From Candidatus Micrarchaeota archaeon (GTDB taxonomy: Archaea; B1Sed10-29; WALL01; WAMD01): a DNA stretch of 32,333 bases. The stretch spans positions 1 through 32,333 of the forward strand of contig JALWQZ010000002.1 of assembly GCA_027077895.1 (NCBI GenBank), read 5' to 3'. A program made the position numbers and the translations under genes. The stretch's first letter is position 1; every line of letters starts with the position of its first letter. Of this stretch, positions 15,567 to 25,634 are shown piece after piece. The notes under the pieces are model-generated. The model did not search any database. It saw nothing but the letters and a program-made list of their open reading frames with translations, and had not been told where the DNA came from.

Positions 15567-15854
15567 ATGAAAATTGGGGGTTTACCCGAAGAACTATTCG
15601 AAGAGCTCGATAAGAGCACAACCCATGTCAAGGTTACAACAGAAAGGCGAAAGTTTGGAAAGTTTGTGACGATAGTTGAACTATCTGACAAGGGCAATAA
15701 CATAGACCGCATCGCAAAAGAATTAAAGAAAAAACTTGCATGTGGAGGAGCGGTTAAGGAGAACCGGATTGAACTTCAAGGAAATCACCTTGACAAGATA
15801 AAAAAAGTGTTGGTACAGATGGGATATGCAGAAGATCAAATTGAATTACCATGA
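15567..15854 (+). CDS. sui1: Translation initiation factor aIF1 (SUI1)
   Basis: 'RRKFGKFVTIV...AKELKKKLACGGAVK...IELQGNH'; ATG after SD AGGAGGT. Confidence 0.95.
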   Translation: MKIGGLPEELFEELDKSTTHVKVTTERRKFGKFVTIVELSDKGNNIDRIAKELKKKLACGGAVKENRIELQGNHLDKIKKVLVQMGYAEDQIELP

Positions 15855-15855
15855 T

Positions 15856-16158
15856 ATGATGGATATTGCCCGCGGCATTATAGGCCGTGAGGCAGAGGTT
15901 ATAAACTCAAATAACAGATCCCTCGTGGGGATCAAAGGAAGAATCATTGATGAAACCCTAAAAACCATTGTGATACTCACAAAAAACGGGAAAAAAGTGA
16001 TACCTAAAAACGGTGTCGTACTGAAGGTGAATCTGCCTTCAGGATATGTCACCGTTGAGGGAAAGATGATAATGCAAAGACCTGAAGAAAGGATAAAGAA
16101 GTGGTGGAGAAAGATAAGGAAGGTGAAAAGGTATGCCAACAAAAACCAAAGAAGTTGA
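15856..16158 (+). CDS. rnp1: Ribonuclease P protein subunit Rpp29/POP4
   Basis: 'IIGREAEVINSNNRSLVGIKGRIIDETLKT...IPK...RPEERIK'; conserved position between SUI1 and uS17. Confidence 0.92.
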   Translation: MMDIARGIIGREAEVINSNNRSLVGIKGRIIDETLKTIVILTKNGKKVIPKNGVVLKVNLPSGYVTVEGKMIMQRPEERIKKWWRKIRKVKRYANKNQRS

Positions 16159-16453
16159 GTGCAACGACCCAAATTGCCCTATTCACGGGAATATAAAGAT
16201 AAGGGGGAACATATTCAGGGCAAAGGTTGTCTCTGTTGGAAAAATGAATAGATCAGCAGTGGTTGAAAGAGAGTTCATAAAGAAAATAAAAAAGTATGAA
16301 AGACTTGCAAGAGAAAGATCAAGGATGACTGTTCATCTACCTGACTGCATAAACGTGAAACCTGGGGATATTGTGTTGGTTGGTGAAACGAGAAAGATAA
16401 GCAAGACAAAATCATTCGTCATATTTGATGTCGTAAAGAGAGCAGGTGAATGA
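16133..16453 (+). CDS. rps17: 30S ribosomal protein uS17
   Basis: '[10 protein letters not shown]', 'KKYER', '[12 protein letters not shown]'. Confidence 0.97.
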   Translation: MPTKTKEVECNDPNCPIHGNIKIRGNIFRAKVVSVGKMNRSAVVEREFIKKIKKYERLARERSRMTVHLPDCINVKPGDIVLVGETRKISKTKSFVIFDVVKRAGE

Positions 16454-16454
16454 A

Positions 16455-16853
16455 ATGAAGGGTGTCGGCACACATGTAGTGAAAGCCTTGCACATTGGCT
16501 CTAGGCTCGTATGCGACGACAATACAGGGGCCAAGGAATTGGAGATAGTAGGAGTCGTTGGTTTCAAGAGTAAAAGAAGGGTGCTAGCAAGAGCTGGCGT
16601 TGGAGATATTGTTATATGTAGTGTCAAAAAGGGTAAACCAGACATAAGGAAAAAGGTTGTTAAAGCCGTGATTATACGACAAAAAAAGGAGTATAGGCGC
16701 CCTGATGGAACTAGAATCAAGTTTTCTGATAATGCTGCAGTAATCGTTGATGATAAAGGTATGCCAAAGGGGACTGAAATCAAAGGAATAGTGGCCAAGG
16801 AGGTAGCAGAAAGGTTCCCAAAGGTTGCGACATTGGCTAAGAACGTGCTATGA
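16455..16853 (+). CDS. rpl14: 50S ribosomal protein uL14
   Basis: 'CDDNTGAK', '[15 protein letters not shown]', 'DNAAVIVD...PKGT'. Confidence 0.98.
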   Translation: MKGVGTHVVKALHIGSRLVCDDNTGAKELEIVGVVGFKSKRRVLARAGVGDIVICSVKKGKPDIRKKVVKAVIIRQKKEYRRPDGTRIKFSDNAAVIVDDKGMPKGTEIKGIVAKEVAERFPKVATLAKNVL

Positions 16854-16864
16854 TGGTGATGATG

Positions 16865-17242
16865 ATGCAAAAGAAGGTTAGTTCAAAACCAAGAAAACAA
16901 AGGAAAGCACACTTTAACGCACCATTACATGTGAGACATAAGAAGATGTCTGCTCCACTGAGTAAAGATTTAAGGGATAAATACAAAAGAAGAAGTTTCC
17001 CTGTTAGGACAGGTGATACAGTAAGAGTAGTCAGGGGAGACTTCAAAGGAATAGAGGGCAAGGTCACTAGAGTAGATTCAAAGAAGTATAAGGTGTATAT
17101 AGACAAAGTAAAGCGGAGAAAGGTAAACGGTGAAGAAGTGCTTATTCCTATTCACCCATCAAATGTTATAATAACAGATTTGGACCTCGAAGATGAAAAG
17201 AGGAGAATGAAACTATCTAAGAAGGTCAAAACTACTGAGTAA
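16865..17242 (+). CDS. rpl24: 50S ribosomal protein uL24
   Basis: 'SSKPRKQRK...APLH', KOW '[13 protein letters not shown]', 'IHPSNV'. Exact start uncertain (several ATGs at 16850-16865). Confidence 0.96.
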   Translation: MQKKVSSKPRKQRKAHFNAPLHVRHKKMSAPLSKDLRDKYKRRSFPVRTGDTVRVVRGDFKGIEGKVTRVDSKKYKVYIDKVKRRKVNGEEVLIPIHPSNVIITDLDLEDEKRRMKLSKKVKTTE

Positions 17243-17253
17243 AGGGTGTTCAC

Positions 17254-17973
17254 ATGGCAAAAAAAGGTGGAAATAGGAAATTAAAAAGGCTCGCAGCGCC
17301 GAAAACATGGAAGATTGCAAGAAAGGAGTCGAAATGGATAATAAAGTCTAGTCCAGGCCCACACTCAATGGAAACTAGTGTTCCACTAGGTGTTATGCTC
17401 AGGGACATACTAAAGATCGCAAAGACGTCTAGGGAAGTTAGATACATACTAAAAAACGGGAAGATAAAGGTTGACGGTAGGATCAGGAAATCAATAAAAT
17501 TCCCAGTGGGATTCATGGACGTAATAGCCATACCCACATTAGATAAGTACTACAGAGTAGTATACGACAACCTGGGAAGGCTAGACGCAGTTGAGATAGA
17601 TAGGAACGAGGCGAGAAGAAAACTAGTCAAAGTCACCAGCAAAAACCTAGTCAGAGGAGGCAAAATACAACTTGGGTTCCACGACGGAAAGACGTTACTA
17701 ACCGATGATAACACAATTAGGGTAGGGGATAGCCTATTGATATCTGTCCCAGAACAGAAGGTAGAGAAGATAGCGAAGTTGGATAAGGGTAATCTGTCGT
17801 ACATAACAGGTGGACAGCACACTGGAGAAATTGCTGAGATAATTGACATAATAAAAGGAACAATCACTAGACCAACACAAGTACTGCTAAAGAAGGGGGA
17901 TGAGCAATTCCTCACTAAGAAAGATTATGTTTTTGTTATCGGTGAGAAAGAGCCTCTAATACACATAGGGTGA
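17254..17973 (+). CDS. rps4e: 30S ribosomal protein eS4
   Basis: 'LKRLAAPKTW', 'PGPHS', 'KFPVGFMDVI', 'YVFVIG'. Confidence 0.98.
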   Translation: MAKKGGNRKLKRLAAPKTWKIARKESKWIIKSSPGPHSMETSVPLGVMLRDILKIAKTSREVRYILKNGKIKVDGRIRKSIKFPVGFMDVIAIPTLDKYYRVVYDNLGRLDAVEIDRNEARRKLVKVTSKNLVRGGKIQLGFHDGKTLLTDDNTIRVGDSLLISVPEQKVEKIAKLDKGNLSYITGGQHTGEIAEIIDIIKGTITRPTQVLLKKGDEQFLTKKDYVFVIGEKEPLIHIG

Positions 17974-17979
17974 TAAGAG

Positions 17980-18492
17980 ATGTCAAAAGCGAAAATAAAG
18001 ATTACTAAGGTCACCATAAATATTGGTGTTGGAGAATCTGGAGAAAGGTTGGATAAAGCAGCGCAATTGATAGAAAAACTGACTGGTCAGAAGCCAGTTA
18101 GAACAAAATCAAAACACAGAATCCCAACATGGGGAATAAGGAAAAAGCAACCGATTGGTGTGAAAGTGACACTCAGAGGTCAAAAAGCAATGGACTTCTT
18201 AAAAATGGCATTAGAAGCCAAGGATAATACCTTAAAGGCAGAAAACTTTGATGATAACGGAAACTTTGCATTCGGAGTCCATGAATACATTGATCTGCCT
18301 GGAATAAAGTATGATCCAGATATTGGTTTATTTGGTTTTGATGTATGTGTAACTGTTGAAAAGGACGGGTACAGAGTCACAAAGAGAAAGAGACAAAAGA
18401 ACAAAATCCCCGTTAGGCATAAGTTGACAAAAGAAGAGTCCATAAAATGGGCTCAGGAAAATTTGGGTGTAAAAATCACAGAGGGTGATTGA
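17980..18492 (+). CDS. rpl5: 50S ribosomal protein uL5
   Basis: '[12 protein letters not shown]', 'LTGQKP', '[12 protein letters not shown]...YDPDIG'. Confidence 0.98.
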   Translation: MSKAKIKITKVTINIGVGESGERLDKAAQLIEKLTGQKPVRTKSKHRIPTWGIRKKQPIGVKVTLRGQKAMDFLKMALEAKDNTLKAENFDDNGNFAFGVHEYIDLPGIKYDPDIGLFGFDVCVTVEKDGYRVTKRKRQKNKIPVRHKLTKEESIKWAQENLGVKITEGD

Positions 18493-18494
18493 AA

Positions 18495-18650
18495 ATGTCA
18501 AAGGATGAAGCAAAGAAGAAAAGAGAATTGCCAACATGTGAAATATGTGGCAGTCATAAGAGAGTCATAAGGAAGTACGGAATGAATATTTGTGGTAAGT
18601 GCTTCAGAGAAGTCGCAGAAAAGATAGGCTTCGAGAAACACGGTATCTGA
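18495..18650 (+). CDS. rps14: 30S ribosomal protein uS14, Zn-binding type (51 aa; not in the ORF track)
   Basis: Manual translation MSKDEAKKKRELPTCEICGSHKRVIRKYGMNICGKCFREVAEKIGFEKHGI*; CxxC...CxxC; lies between uL5 and uS8. Confidence 0.96.
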   Translation: MSKDEAKKKRELPTCEICGSHKRVIRKYGMNICGKCFREVAEKIGFEKHGI

Positions 18651-18660
18651 GGTGATATAG

Positions 18661-19050
18661 GTGTTAACAGACCCAGTTGCAGACGCAATGCAGAGAATTA
18701 AAAATGCTGAGAAGGCAGGCAAAGGAGAGGTTACACTAAAACCAGCATCAAAACTACTTGGAAACATACTAAATGTGATGCAAAAAAGAGGTTACATAGG
18801 TGAATACGAGTTTATAGATGATGGAAGAGGAGGGGTATACAAGGTGAAACTCGTTGGCAAGATAAATGATTGCAAAGCAATAAAACCAAGATTCCCAGCA
18901 AAATACATGGAATTGGAGAATTGGGAGAAAAGATTCTTACCTGCTGCAGATATAGGTATCCTTATTATCTCAACTCCTCTAGGAGTTATGGATCAAGAAG
19001 AGGCAAAGAAAAGAAAGATTGGTGGAAGATTGCTAGCATATGTATATTGA
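18661..19050 (+). CDS. rps8: 30S ribosomal protein uS8
   Basis: 'DPVADA...IKNAE', '[15 protein letters not shown]', 'IKPRF', 'GGRLLAYVY'. Confidence 0.98.
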   Translation: MLTDPVADAMQRIKNAEKAGKGEVTLKPASKLLGNILNVMQKRGYIGEYEFIDDGRGGVYKVKLVGKINDCKAIKPRFPAKYMELENWEKRFLPAADIGILIISTPLGVMDQEEAKKRKIGGRLLAYVY

Positions 19051-19060
19051 GGGGATAGAA

Positions 19061-19615
19061 ATGGTGCTTGCAGCTAAAATAGAAGAATATGTGGAGATAC
19101 CTGATGGTGTTAATATTGACATTGATGGAATGAAGGTAAAGGTAAGTGGCCCGAAGGGAACGTTAGAAAGGGAGTTTAAAACCAAAGAAGAAATACACAT
19201 AGACAAGGAGGAAGGTAAGATAAAGATATGGGCTCTATTTCCTAGAAGAAGAACAAAGGCAATGGTTGGAACAGTGAGGGCCCACATAAACAATATGATA
19301 ACCGGTGTAACAAAGGGATACACATACAAATTAAGGATACATTATAGACACTTCCCAATGAACGTGAGTGTTGAGGGGGATAGGGTGGTTATAAAGAACT
19401 TCCTTGGGGAGAAATATCCTAGGTATGCTGAGATACTTGATGGTGTTAGCGTTAAGATAAAGGGTAAAGAGGAGATAGTTGTAGAGGGAATTGATAGAGA
19501 AAAGGTAGGACAGACTGCAGCAAACATAGAGCAAGCAACAATTGTCAGAAAGAGAGATCCGCGTGTTTTCGTTGATGGGATATACATAGTTGAGAAAGGT
19601 GTTGCCAATGAATGA
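19061..19615 (+). CDS. rpl6: 50S ribosomal protein uL6
   Basis: 'VSGPKG', '[13 protein letters not shown]', 'HFPM', 'NFLGEK', '[11 protein letters not shown]'. Confidence 0.98.
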   Translation: MVLAAKIEEYVEIPDGVNIDIDGMKVKVSGPKGTLEREFKTKEEIHIDKEEGKIKIWALFPRRRTKAMVGTVRAHINNMITGVTKGYTYKLRIHYRHFPMNVSVEGDRVVIKNFLGEKYPRYAEILDGVSVKIKGKEEIVVEGIDREKVGQTAANIEQATIVRKRDPRVFVDGIYIVEKGVANE

Positions 19616-19949
19616 TAGGAAACTTCCCACGTTTCAAAAGCAGTATTCACATATGAAGAAAAGGGCACAAAAGAGTGGTTGGAGGAAGCCGAGGGGCATA
19701 GATAGTAAGCAGAGAAAGAACGTTAAAGCAAAGGGTGCACACCCTAGAATTGGATACTCGGCACCGTCAAAAAGTAGAGGACTACATCCCAGTGGATATG
19801 AAGAAGTGTACGTAAGGAATATGGATGATCTAATGAAAATAGATCCTGAAACACAGGCAGCAAGGCTCTCAGCCACATTAGGTAAGAAAAAGAGAGAGGA
19901 GATACTGGCCAAAGCAAATGAATTGAAGATAAGAGTATTGAACGGGTGA
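19608..19949 (+). CDS. rpl32e: 50S ribosomal protein eL32
   Basis: '[12 protein letters not shown]', 'IGY...RGLHPSGY'. Confidence 0.97.
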   Translation: MNDRKLPTFQKQYSHMKKRAQKSGWRKPRGIDSKQRKNVKAKGAHPRIGYSAPSKSRGLHPSGYEEVYVRNMDDLMKIDPETQAARLSATLGKKKREEILAKANELKIRVLNG

Positions 19950-19955
19950 ACAAAA

Positions 19956-20369
19956 ATGGAACTCAAGAAAGTAAAAGAACTAACTGCTAGAACTTATGGC
20001 GTTGGAGTCTCTAGGGTCAAAATAAACGACCCTGAGCAGGCAAAGGATGTTATAACTAGAGAAGACGTCAGAAATCTAGTGAAGAAGGGTGTTATAGTAA
20101 TCACAAAAAAGAGAGGGACATCCAGAAGCAGAGCCAGGGTACTAGAAGCAAAGAGAAAAAAGGGTAAAAGAAGGGGCCCAGGAAGCAGAAAAGGAAAAAA
20201 GACCGCAAGGAAACCAAAAAAGGAAGCATGGATGGAAAGGGTTAGAGCCCTAAGGAAAGCACTAAAGCAAGCCAAACCTGACAATTACAGGAAGATTTAC
20301 CGTATGATAAAAGGAGGATATTTCAGAAGCAAGAAACATTTACTAAACTACATAAGAGGTGTTAAATAA
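19956..20369 (+). CDS. rpl19e: 50S ribosomal protein eL19
   Basis: 'TREDVRNLV', '[14 protein letters not shown]', 'WMERVRALR', 'KGGYF'. Confidence 0.97.
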   Translation: MELKKVKELTARTYGVGVSRVKINDPEQAKDVITREDVRNLVKKGVIVITKKRGTSRSRARVLEAKRKKGKRRGPGSRKGKKTARKPKKEAWMERVRALRKALKQAKPDNYRKIYRMIKGGYFRSKKHLLNYIRGVK

Positions 20370-20884
20370 TGGCGCACTCAACCATTTATAGAGTCAAGTT
20401 CAGAAGGAGAAGAGAGGGAAAGACCAATTACAAGAAAAGATTAGCACTAGTTAAGTCAGAAAAACCTAGACTAGTCATAAGAGTATTAAACAGGCAGGTA
20501 ATCGCTCAACTAGTAATTTACGACCCAAGGGGAGACAAGGTCGTTGCATCTGCGTCATCCCATGAGTTAAAGAAATTCGGGTGGGAAGGCCACCCAGGAA
20601 ACGCACCATCCGCATACTTGACAGGATTGCTACTAGGCACTAGAGCAAAAAAGAAGGGGTACTCTGAAGCAATCCTTGATATTGGTCTACATACTCCCGT
20701 GCCTGGATCAAATGTTTATGCCGCATTAAAGGGGGCAGTTGATGGTGGACTAGACGTGCCCCATAGCGAAGAAGTTTTACCAAGCGAGGATAGGATAAGA
20801 GGCAGCATAATCGCAGAGTACCGGGGTATACCACACTTAACCGAAAAATTTGAAGAAACAAAGAGCAAAATACTAAAGGTGTAG
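20369..20884 (+). CDS. rpl18: 50S ribosomal protein uL18
   Basis: '[15 protein letters not shown]', 'AYLTGLL', '[13 protein letters not shown]'. Confidence 0.98.
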   Translation: MAHSTIYRVKFRRRREGKTNYKKRLALVKSEKPRLVIRVLNRQVIAQLVIYDPRGDKVVASASSHELKKFGWEGHPGNAPSAYLTGLLLGTRAKKKGYSEAILDIGLHTPVPGSNVYAALKGAVDGGLDVPHSEEVLPSEDRIRGSIIAEYRGIPHLTEKFEETKSKILKV

Positions 20885-20893
20885 GGTGATTAA

Positions 20894-21556
20894 ATGGTGA
20901 ACGAAAACTGGGTACCAAAAACAAGGCTTGGAAAGATGGTCCTAAATGGAGAAATAAAAACAATGGACCAAGCACTAGAGACTAAACTCCCAATAAGGGA
21001 ACCAGAAATAATTGACATACTACTTCCCGACCTAAAATCTGAAGTCCTAGACATAAACCTAGTTAGAAGGACAACCGATTCTGGAAGGAAATCGCGGTTC
21101 ATGGCAACAGTGGTTGTTGGAAACAAGAATGGATTTGTTGGGGTTGGAATGGGAAAAGACAACAATGTCAGACCTGCAATTGAAAAAGCAACAAGAGCCG
21201 CAAAGTTGAATATAATAAAAGTTAGGATGGGATGCGGTTCATGGGAGTGTAGATGCGGGGGTCACCACTCTATACCATACACAACAGAAGGTAAGTGGGG
21301 ATCAGTTAGAGTCAGATTAATGCCCGCACCTAAAGGCACAGGATTGGTAATAGGTGACACAGGAAAGAAAATCCTAGAATTTGCAGGTATAAAAGATGTC
21401 TGGTCAAAGACGTGGGGAGACACTAGGACAGTATACAACTTCGCATTTGCTGTTTGGGATGCTCTAAAGAACCTGAAGAAAACTAGGATTCCTGATGATG
21501 TCATAATTAAAGCAGAATCCGTAAAAGCACCAATAGAGGAAGGTGTTGAGGAATGA
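20894..21556 (+). CDS. rps5: 30S ribosomal protein uS5
   Basis: 'WVPKTRLG', '[10 protein letters not shown]', 'PAPKGTGLV'. Confidence 0.98.
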   Translation: MVNENWVPKTRLGKMVLNGEIKTMDQALETKLPIREPEIIDILLPDLKSEVLDINLVRRTTDSGRKSRFMATVVVGNKNGFVGVGMGKDNNVRPAIEKATRAAKLNIIKVRMGCGSWECRCGGHHSIPYTTEGKWGSVRVRLMPAPKGTGLVIGDTGKKILEFAGIKDVWSKTWGDTRTVYNFAFAVWDALKNLKKTRIPDDVIIKAESVKAPIEEGVEE

Positions 21557-22020
21557 AGAGGCTAGCTGTGATCCAGATTAGAGGGCTCATAAACGCACCA
21601 AAGGAAGTTAGGGATACCCTAAAAATGCTAAAATTGACAAGGGCTAACCATTGTGTTATTGTAGACGACAGGCCTACGTATGTTGGCATGCTAAAAAAGG
21701 TTGCTCCATGGATAACATGGGGGGAAATAAACGAGGAAACAATGGCCAAATTGATTAAAAAGAGGGGAAGATTGGTGGGGGACAAAAAAGTGACAGATGA
21801 CTATGTAAAGGAGAACACAAAGTATAAGGATATTAATGAATTTGTAAAGGCATTCATAAAATTTGAAGCAGAATTAGAGGACATTCCTGGGATGAAACCA
21901 GTATTTAGGTTAACACCACCATCAGGAGGGCTAAGGTCTATAAAGAGATTCGTCCAGGAAGGTGGAGACAGAGGATATCGTGGAGAAGAGATAAACAAAC
22001 TCCTAGAAAAAATGATATGA
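21553..22020 (+). CDS. rpl30: 50S ribosomal protein uL30
   Basis: 'DTLKMLKL', 'ITWGEI', 'FRLTPPSGG', '[15 protein letters not shown]'. Confidence 0.97.
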   Translation: MKRLAVIQIRGLINAPKEVRDTLKMLKLTRANHCVIVDDRPTYVGMLKKVAPWITWGEINEETMAKLIKKRGRLVGDKKVTDDYVKENTKYKDINEFVKAFIKFEAELEDIPGMKPVFRLTPPSGGLRSIKRFVQEGGDRGYRGEEINKLLEKMI

Positions 22021-22030
22021 GGGATGAAAT

Positions 22031-22435
22031 ATGGCGTTGAAGAATAGAAAGATTAGAAAGAAGCACAGAGGAACAAGGACAAACGGTAGAGGAAAAAAGG
22101 GATCTAGGCAAAAGGGTAGTGCCGGTGGTAGAGGAAACGCTGGTTCATTCAGACACAAAAAGATATGGTTCATAAAGAACAGACCAGGCTACTTTGGTAA
22201 GTCAGGTATGCCAACAGGAAAAAGAGAGAAAGTGAAGTATGTAACCCTAGCATGGATAAATGAATATGCGGAAAAGAAGGGTGTCAAAGAAGTAGATGTT
22301 TCAGAATTTGGGTACAATAGAGTTCTAGGAAGAGGGAGTATAAATGCGCCAATCACAATAAAGGCAAAGTCATTCAGCAAGAGGGCAATTGAAAAGATAG
22401 AGGCCGCTGGCGGAAAAGCAGTAGTCACCCAATGA
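22031..22435 (+). CDS. rpl15: 50S ribosomal protein uL15
   Basis: 'RGTRTNGRG...GGRGNAG', 'RVLGRG', 'AIEKIEAAGG'. Confidence 0.97.
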   Translation: MALKNRKIRKKHRGTRTNGRGKKGSRQKGSAGGRGNAGSFRHKKIWFIKNRPGYFGKSGMPTGKREKVKYVTLAWINEYAEKKGVKEVDVSEFGYNRVLGRGSINAPITIKAKSFSKRAIEKIEAAGGKAVVTQ

Positions 22436-22461
22436 ACCCTTTTTGGATTTAGGTGGTATTA

Positions 22462-23985
22462 ATGTCATGGGAGGTACTTGATCCTATAATTGCAATTTTA
22501 CCTGACGTCAAGAAACCAGTCAGAAAGCCAGCCCTAAAGACAAGACTAATGTGGGTGGGTATTGCAATAACAATATTCTTCCTCTTATCCGCAGTATCTC
22601 CTATTGGTCTGCTAACGCCTAATAGGCTAGCCCAGATACAAAAGACAAACCCCACGAGATACGCTTTATTGCAGCAACAATACTCGCAAGTTCTCCAGAG
22701 AGTGGCATTCCTAGAAAACGTACAGACCATACTAGCAAGTAGGTTAGGCTCCCTAGGTACACTTGGAATTGGGCCAATTGTCATGTCCTCAATTATTCTC
22801 CAATTGCTAGTGGGGGCCGAGATACTCCAAATGGACAAAAGAAGGTATATGGCAGCAACCAAAATCGGTGCCATTCTATTCGCATTCTTTGAAGCATTTA
22901 TATACGTAGCATCTGGGTTTTTGCCTATAGAACCAACAGGGATATCCCTACTCCCAATACCTGGACTTGCTCACATATTTGACCTAAACGCAGTTTTGGT
23001 AATGCTACAAATAGCTGCTGGGTCAATAATCCTATTATTCCTAGATGAAGTAGTGTCTAAATGGGGGATAGGTTCTGGTATTGGGTTATTCATAGTTGGT
23101 GGTGTTTCTCAAACCATATTGTATAGGTCATTAGCGCCATCAACAGGGAGCATAATTGTGTTCCTTAACAACCTGATAAACCAGGGAGTAGTCTCAATGG
23201 ACATAATCATGCCCCTGATAGCAACAATAGTCGTCTTCTTAATAGTTGTATATGGAGAGGGAATGCGTATTGAGATACCTCTTACATTAGGTAGAGTCAG
23301 TGGTGCGGCGGGGGGGAGATTCCCAATAAAATTCTTCTACGCCTCAAATATACCTGTTATACTTGCAGCAGCCCTATTCGCAAATATTCAGTTGTTCGCA
23401 AGTGCAATGGCAAACGCTGGATACCCTTGGTTAGGTAAATTTGGACCAAACGGTATGCCACTACCAACAACCGTGCTAAGTTTAAACCCGCATAAATTTG
23501 CGATACCTATTGCATGGGCAGTTAGGGCACCGTATGGAGTGCTAAGCGGGTGGACTGCCATAAACCAATACTTCATACATCCTGCACAATCAATATTCGG
23601 CATCCCTCTAGAACTAATCCACATACTCTTATATCTAGGAGCCATGACGCTGACTTGTGCAGTGTTTGGTATATTCTGGGTTGAGACAACAGGTATGGGA
23701 CCAAAGAGTGTCGCTAAGCAATTGCAATCAGCAGGCCTGGCGATACCTGGGTTTAGAAGGGATCCCAGAGTAATAGAGAGGGTACTGGAAAAATACATTC
23801 CGACGGTCACAATTGTGGGGTCTGTGGCAGTGGGCGGTCTAGCGGCACTGGCCAACCTAACAGGCGCATACGGTACAGGAACTGGTATCCTACTAAGTGT
23901 GGGGATCCTATACAGATTATATGAGGAACTAATGTCCGCACAATTAACCGAACTACATCCTGCACTGAAACAATTCCTTGGGTGA
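22462..23985 (+). CDS. secY: Preprotein translocase subunit SecY
   Basis: 'LGIGPIVMSSIILQLL', 'DEVVSKWGIGSGIGLFI', 'PIKFFYASNIPVIL', 'IPGFRRDP', 'GTGILL'. Confidence 0.98.
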   Translation: MSWEVLDPIIAILPDVKKPVRKPALKTRLMWVGIAITIFFLLSAVSPIGLLTPNRLAQIQKTNPTRYALLQQQYSQVLQRVAFLENVQTILASRLGSLGTLGIGPIVMSSIILQLLVGAEILQMDKRRYMAATKIGAILFAFFEAFIYVASGFLPIEPTGISLLPIPGLAHIFDLNAVLVMLQIAAGSIILLFLDEVVSKWGIGSGIGLFIVGGVSQTILYRSLAPSTGSIIVFLNNLINQGVVSMDIIMPLIATIVVFLIVVYGEGMRIEIPLTLGRVSGAAGGRFPIKFFYASNIPVILAAALFANIQLFASAMANAGYPWLGKFGPNGMPLPTTVLSLNPHKFAIPIAWAVRAPYGVLSGWTAINQYFIHPAQSIFGIPLELIHILLYLGAMTLTCAVFGIFWVETTGMGPKSVAKQLQSAGLAIPGFRRDPRVIERVLEKYIPTVTIVGSVAVGGLAALANLTGAYGTGTGILLSVGILYRLYEELMSAQLTELHPALKQFLG

Positions 23986-23988
23986 AGA

Positions 23989-24495
23989 ATGGTGAGCATG
24001 ACAATAATATACCCTGGACCATTTATGGTCGTAACGTTAACTGCCATAGCGTCGTCTACAATATCAATCTGGTTGAACAGGAAGATGACAAACACAGAAA
24101 GATCAAAGGAGATAAAAAGAAAAATTGAAGAACATCAAAAGAAGTATCTAGAAGCACAAAAAACCGGTGACAAAAAGGAACTGGAAAAACTAGATGAGGA
24201 ACAGGCAGAGATTATGAATCTACTTAAAGAGAATATGTACAACTCGATGAAACCAATGTTTATAACAACACCTGCTATTCTAGTAATATTATGGCTTTTC
24301 GGTGTTTGGTACGGGAAACTTGGTGCAATTGTATCATTACCATTCAGCATTCCATTCCTAACAAAGCCATTCAAGGACATGAGAATTGCGAATGGGATGG
24401 ATTGGCTAGGATTGTACATCCTAGTAGGTATACTTGCCAGTTTAACAATACAGATTGGCCTGAAATGGTATGATAAAAGGAGGGAGAAAAAATGA
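23989..24495 (+). CDS. DUF106 / EMC3-TMCO1 (Oxa1 superfamily) membrane insertase-like protein
   Basis: TM helix, cytoplasmic coiled coil, 'SMKPMFIT', 'WLGLYIL'; canonical position after secY. Confidence 0.88.
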   Translation: MVSMTIIYPGPFMVVTLTAIASSTISIWLNRKMTNTERSKEIKRKIEEHQKKYLEAQKTGDKKELEKLDEEQAEIMNLLKENMYNSMKPMFITTPAILVILWLFGVWYGKLGAIVSLPFSIPFLTKPFKDMRIANGMDWLGLYILVGILASLTIQIGLKWYDKRREKK

Positions 24496-24719
24496 AAAAA
24501 TTCCTACACATAGGTAGGGTGTGCAAGAAGAAGAGAGGTAAGGAAAGGGGTAAGATTGCTGTGATAGTTGATATTATTGACGAAAATTATGCGCTGGTTG
24601 ATGGCCCAGAGATAAAGAGAAGGAGATGCAACCTAGGACACCTAGAACCGACTGAGAAGATTGTTGACATAAAGAAAGGCGCAAGCCATGAAGAGGTCGT
24701 GAAGGCTCTTGGTGCCTGA
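24492..24719 (+). CDS. rpl14e: 50S ribosomal protein eL14
   Basis: 'IGRVCKK..GKERGK.AVIVDIIDENYALVDG...KRRRCNLGHLEPT'. Confidence 0.95.
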   Translation: MKKFLHIGRVCKKKRGKERGKIAVIVDIIDENYALVDGPEIKRRRCNLGHLEPTEKIVDIKKGASHEEVVKALGA

Positions 24720-25605
24720 CAAGATACTAAACGGTTGGGTTGTAGTGGACAAACCCCTAGGCCCTAGTTCTCATGAGGTGACCGTATGGGTAAAGGAGAT
24801 ACTGGGCGCTAAGAAGGCAGGACACGCAGGGACGTTGGACCCAAATGCATCAGGTGTACTGCCAATTGCAATAGGGAAAGCAACAAAACTTCTTAAAGCA
24901 TTATCTAAATCCGACAAGGAGTACATTGCAGTGGCAAAGTTCGAGAACCCTGTTGATGAGGAGGAACTAAAAAAGATTGCCTCTGAATTCGTCGGCAAGA
25001 TATGGCAAATACCCCCAGAAATGTCCGCTGTCAAAAGGCGGCTCAGAGTGAGAAAGGTGTACTCCATTGAATTTCTAGAATTCAAATCAGACCTAGTCCT
25101 ATTCAAAACCCATGTACAACATGGCACTTACATAAGAAAACTAATACAAGACTGGGGAGAACTGATGGGGAATCCTGGAGGGATGGTTGAACTGAGAAGA
25201 ATTAGAAGTGGTCCATTCGACATAAAACAAGCCGTAATTTTACAGGACCTAAAGGACGCAACGGTTTTCTATGAACAAGGTGTATCAAAAGAACTAGAAA
25301 AAATAATCCTGCCAATGGAGGCCGGAGTCTCTCACCTAAAAAGGATAACCGTGTCTGACTCTGCAGTATCAGCACTATGCTATGGGGCAAACCTAGCCAG
25401 ACCCGGTGTAGAAAAAGTGGACAAAGACATAAACAAAAACGACCTAGTGGCAGTCTTCACAAAGCGGGGAGAACTAATTGGACTGGGAAATGCATTGATG
25501 AACTCAAAACAGATCATGTCCGCAAAAAAGGGGTTTGTTGTAGACATGAACACGGTTGTTATGCCCAGGGATAAGTACCCTAGAGCGTGGAAAACTAGGA
25601 AATGA
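24709..25605 (+). CDS. cbf5: H/ACA RNA-guided pseudouridine synthase Cbf5 (TruB family, PUA domain)
   Basis: 'DKPLGPSSHEV', catalytic 'GHAGTLDP', 'GTYIRKL', 'ELRRIRSG', C-terminal PUA 'SAVSALCYGA'. Confidence 0.95.
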   Translation: MVPDKILNGWVVVDKPLGPSSHEVTVWVKEILGAKKAGHAGTLDPNASGVLPIAIGKATKLLKALSKSDKEYIAVAKFENPVDEEELKKIASEFVGKIWQIPPEMSAVKRRLRVRKVYSIEFLEFKSDLVLFKTHVQHGTYIRKLIQDWGELMGNPGGMVELRRIRSGPFDIKQAVILQDLKDATVFYEQGVSKELEKIILPMEAGVSHLKRITVSDSAVSALCYGANLARPGVEKVDKDINKNDLVAVFTKRGELIGLGNALMNSKQIMSAKKGFVVDMNTVVMPRDKYPRAWKTRK

Positions 25606-25634
25606 TTTTTAAATAGAATGCACTTAACCAAATC

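Noticed and set aside
16849..16867. ATG/GTG trinucleotide run (His-tag-like on the minus strand)
   Set aside because: Produced by the overlapping uL14 stop, GGTGA SD and uL24 start codons.
23388..24095. 235-aa minus-strand ORF and the many short minus ORFs across the r-protein cluster
   Set aside because: Antisense shadows of secY and r-protein genes, with no recognisable motifs or translation signals.
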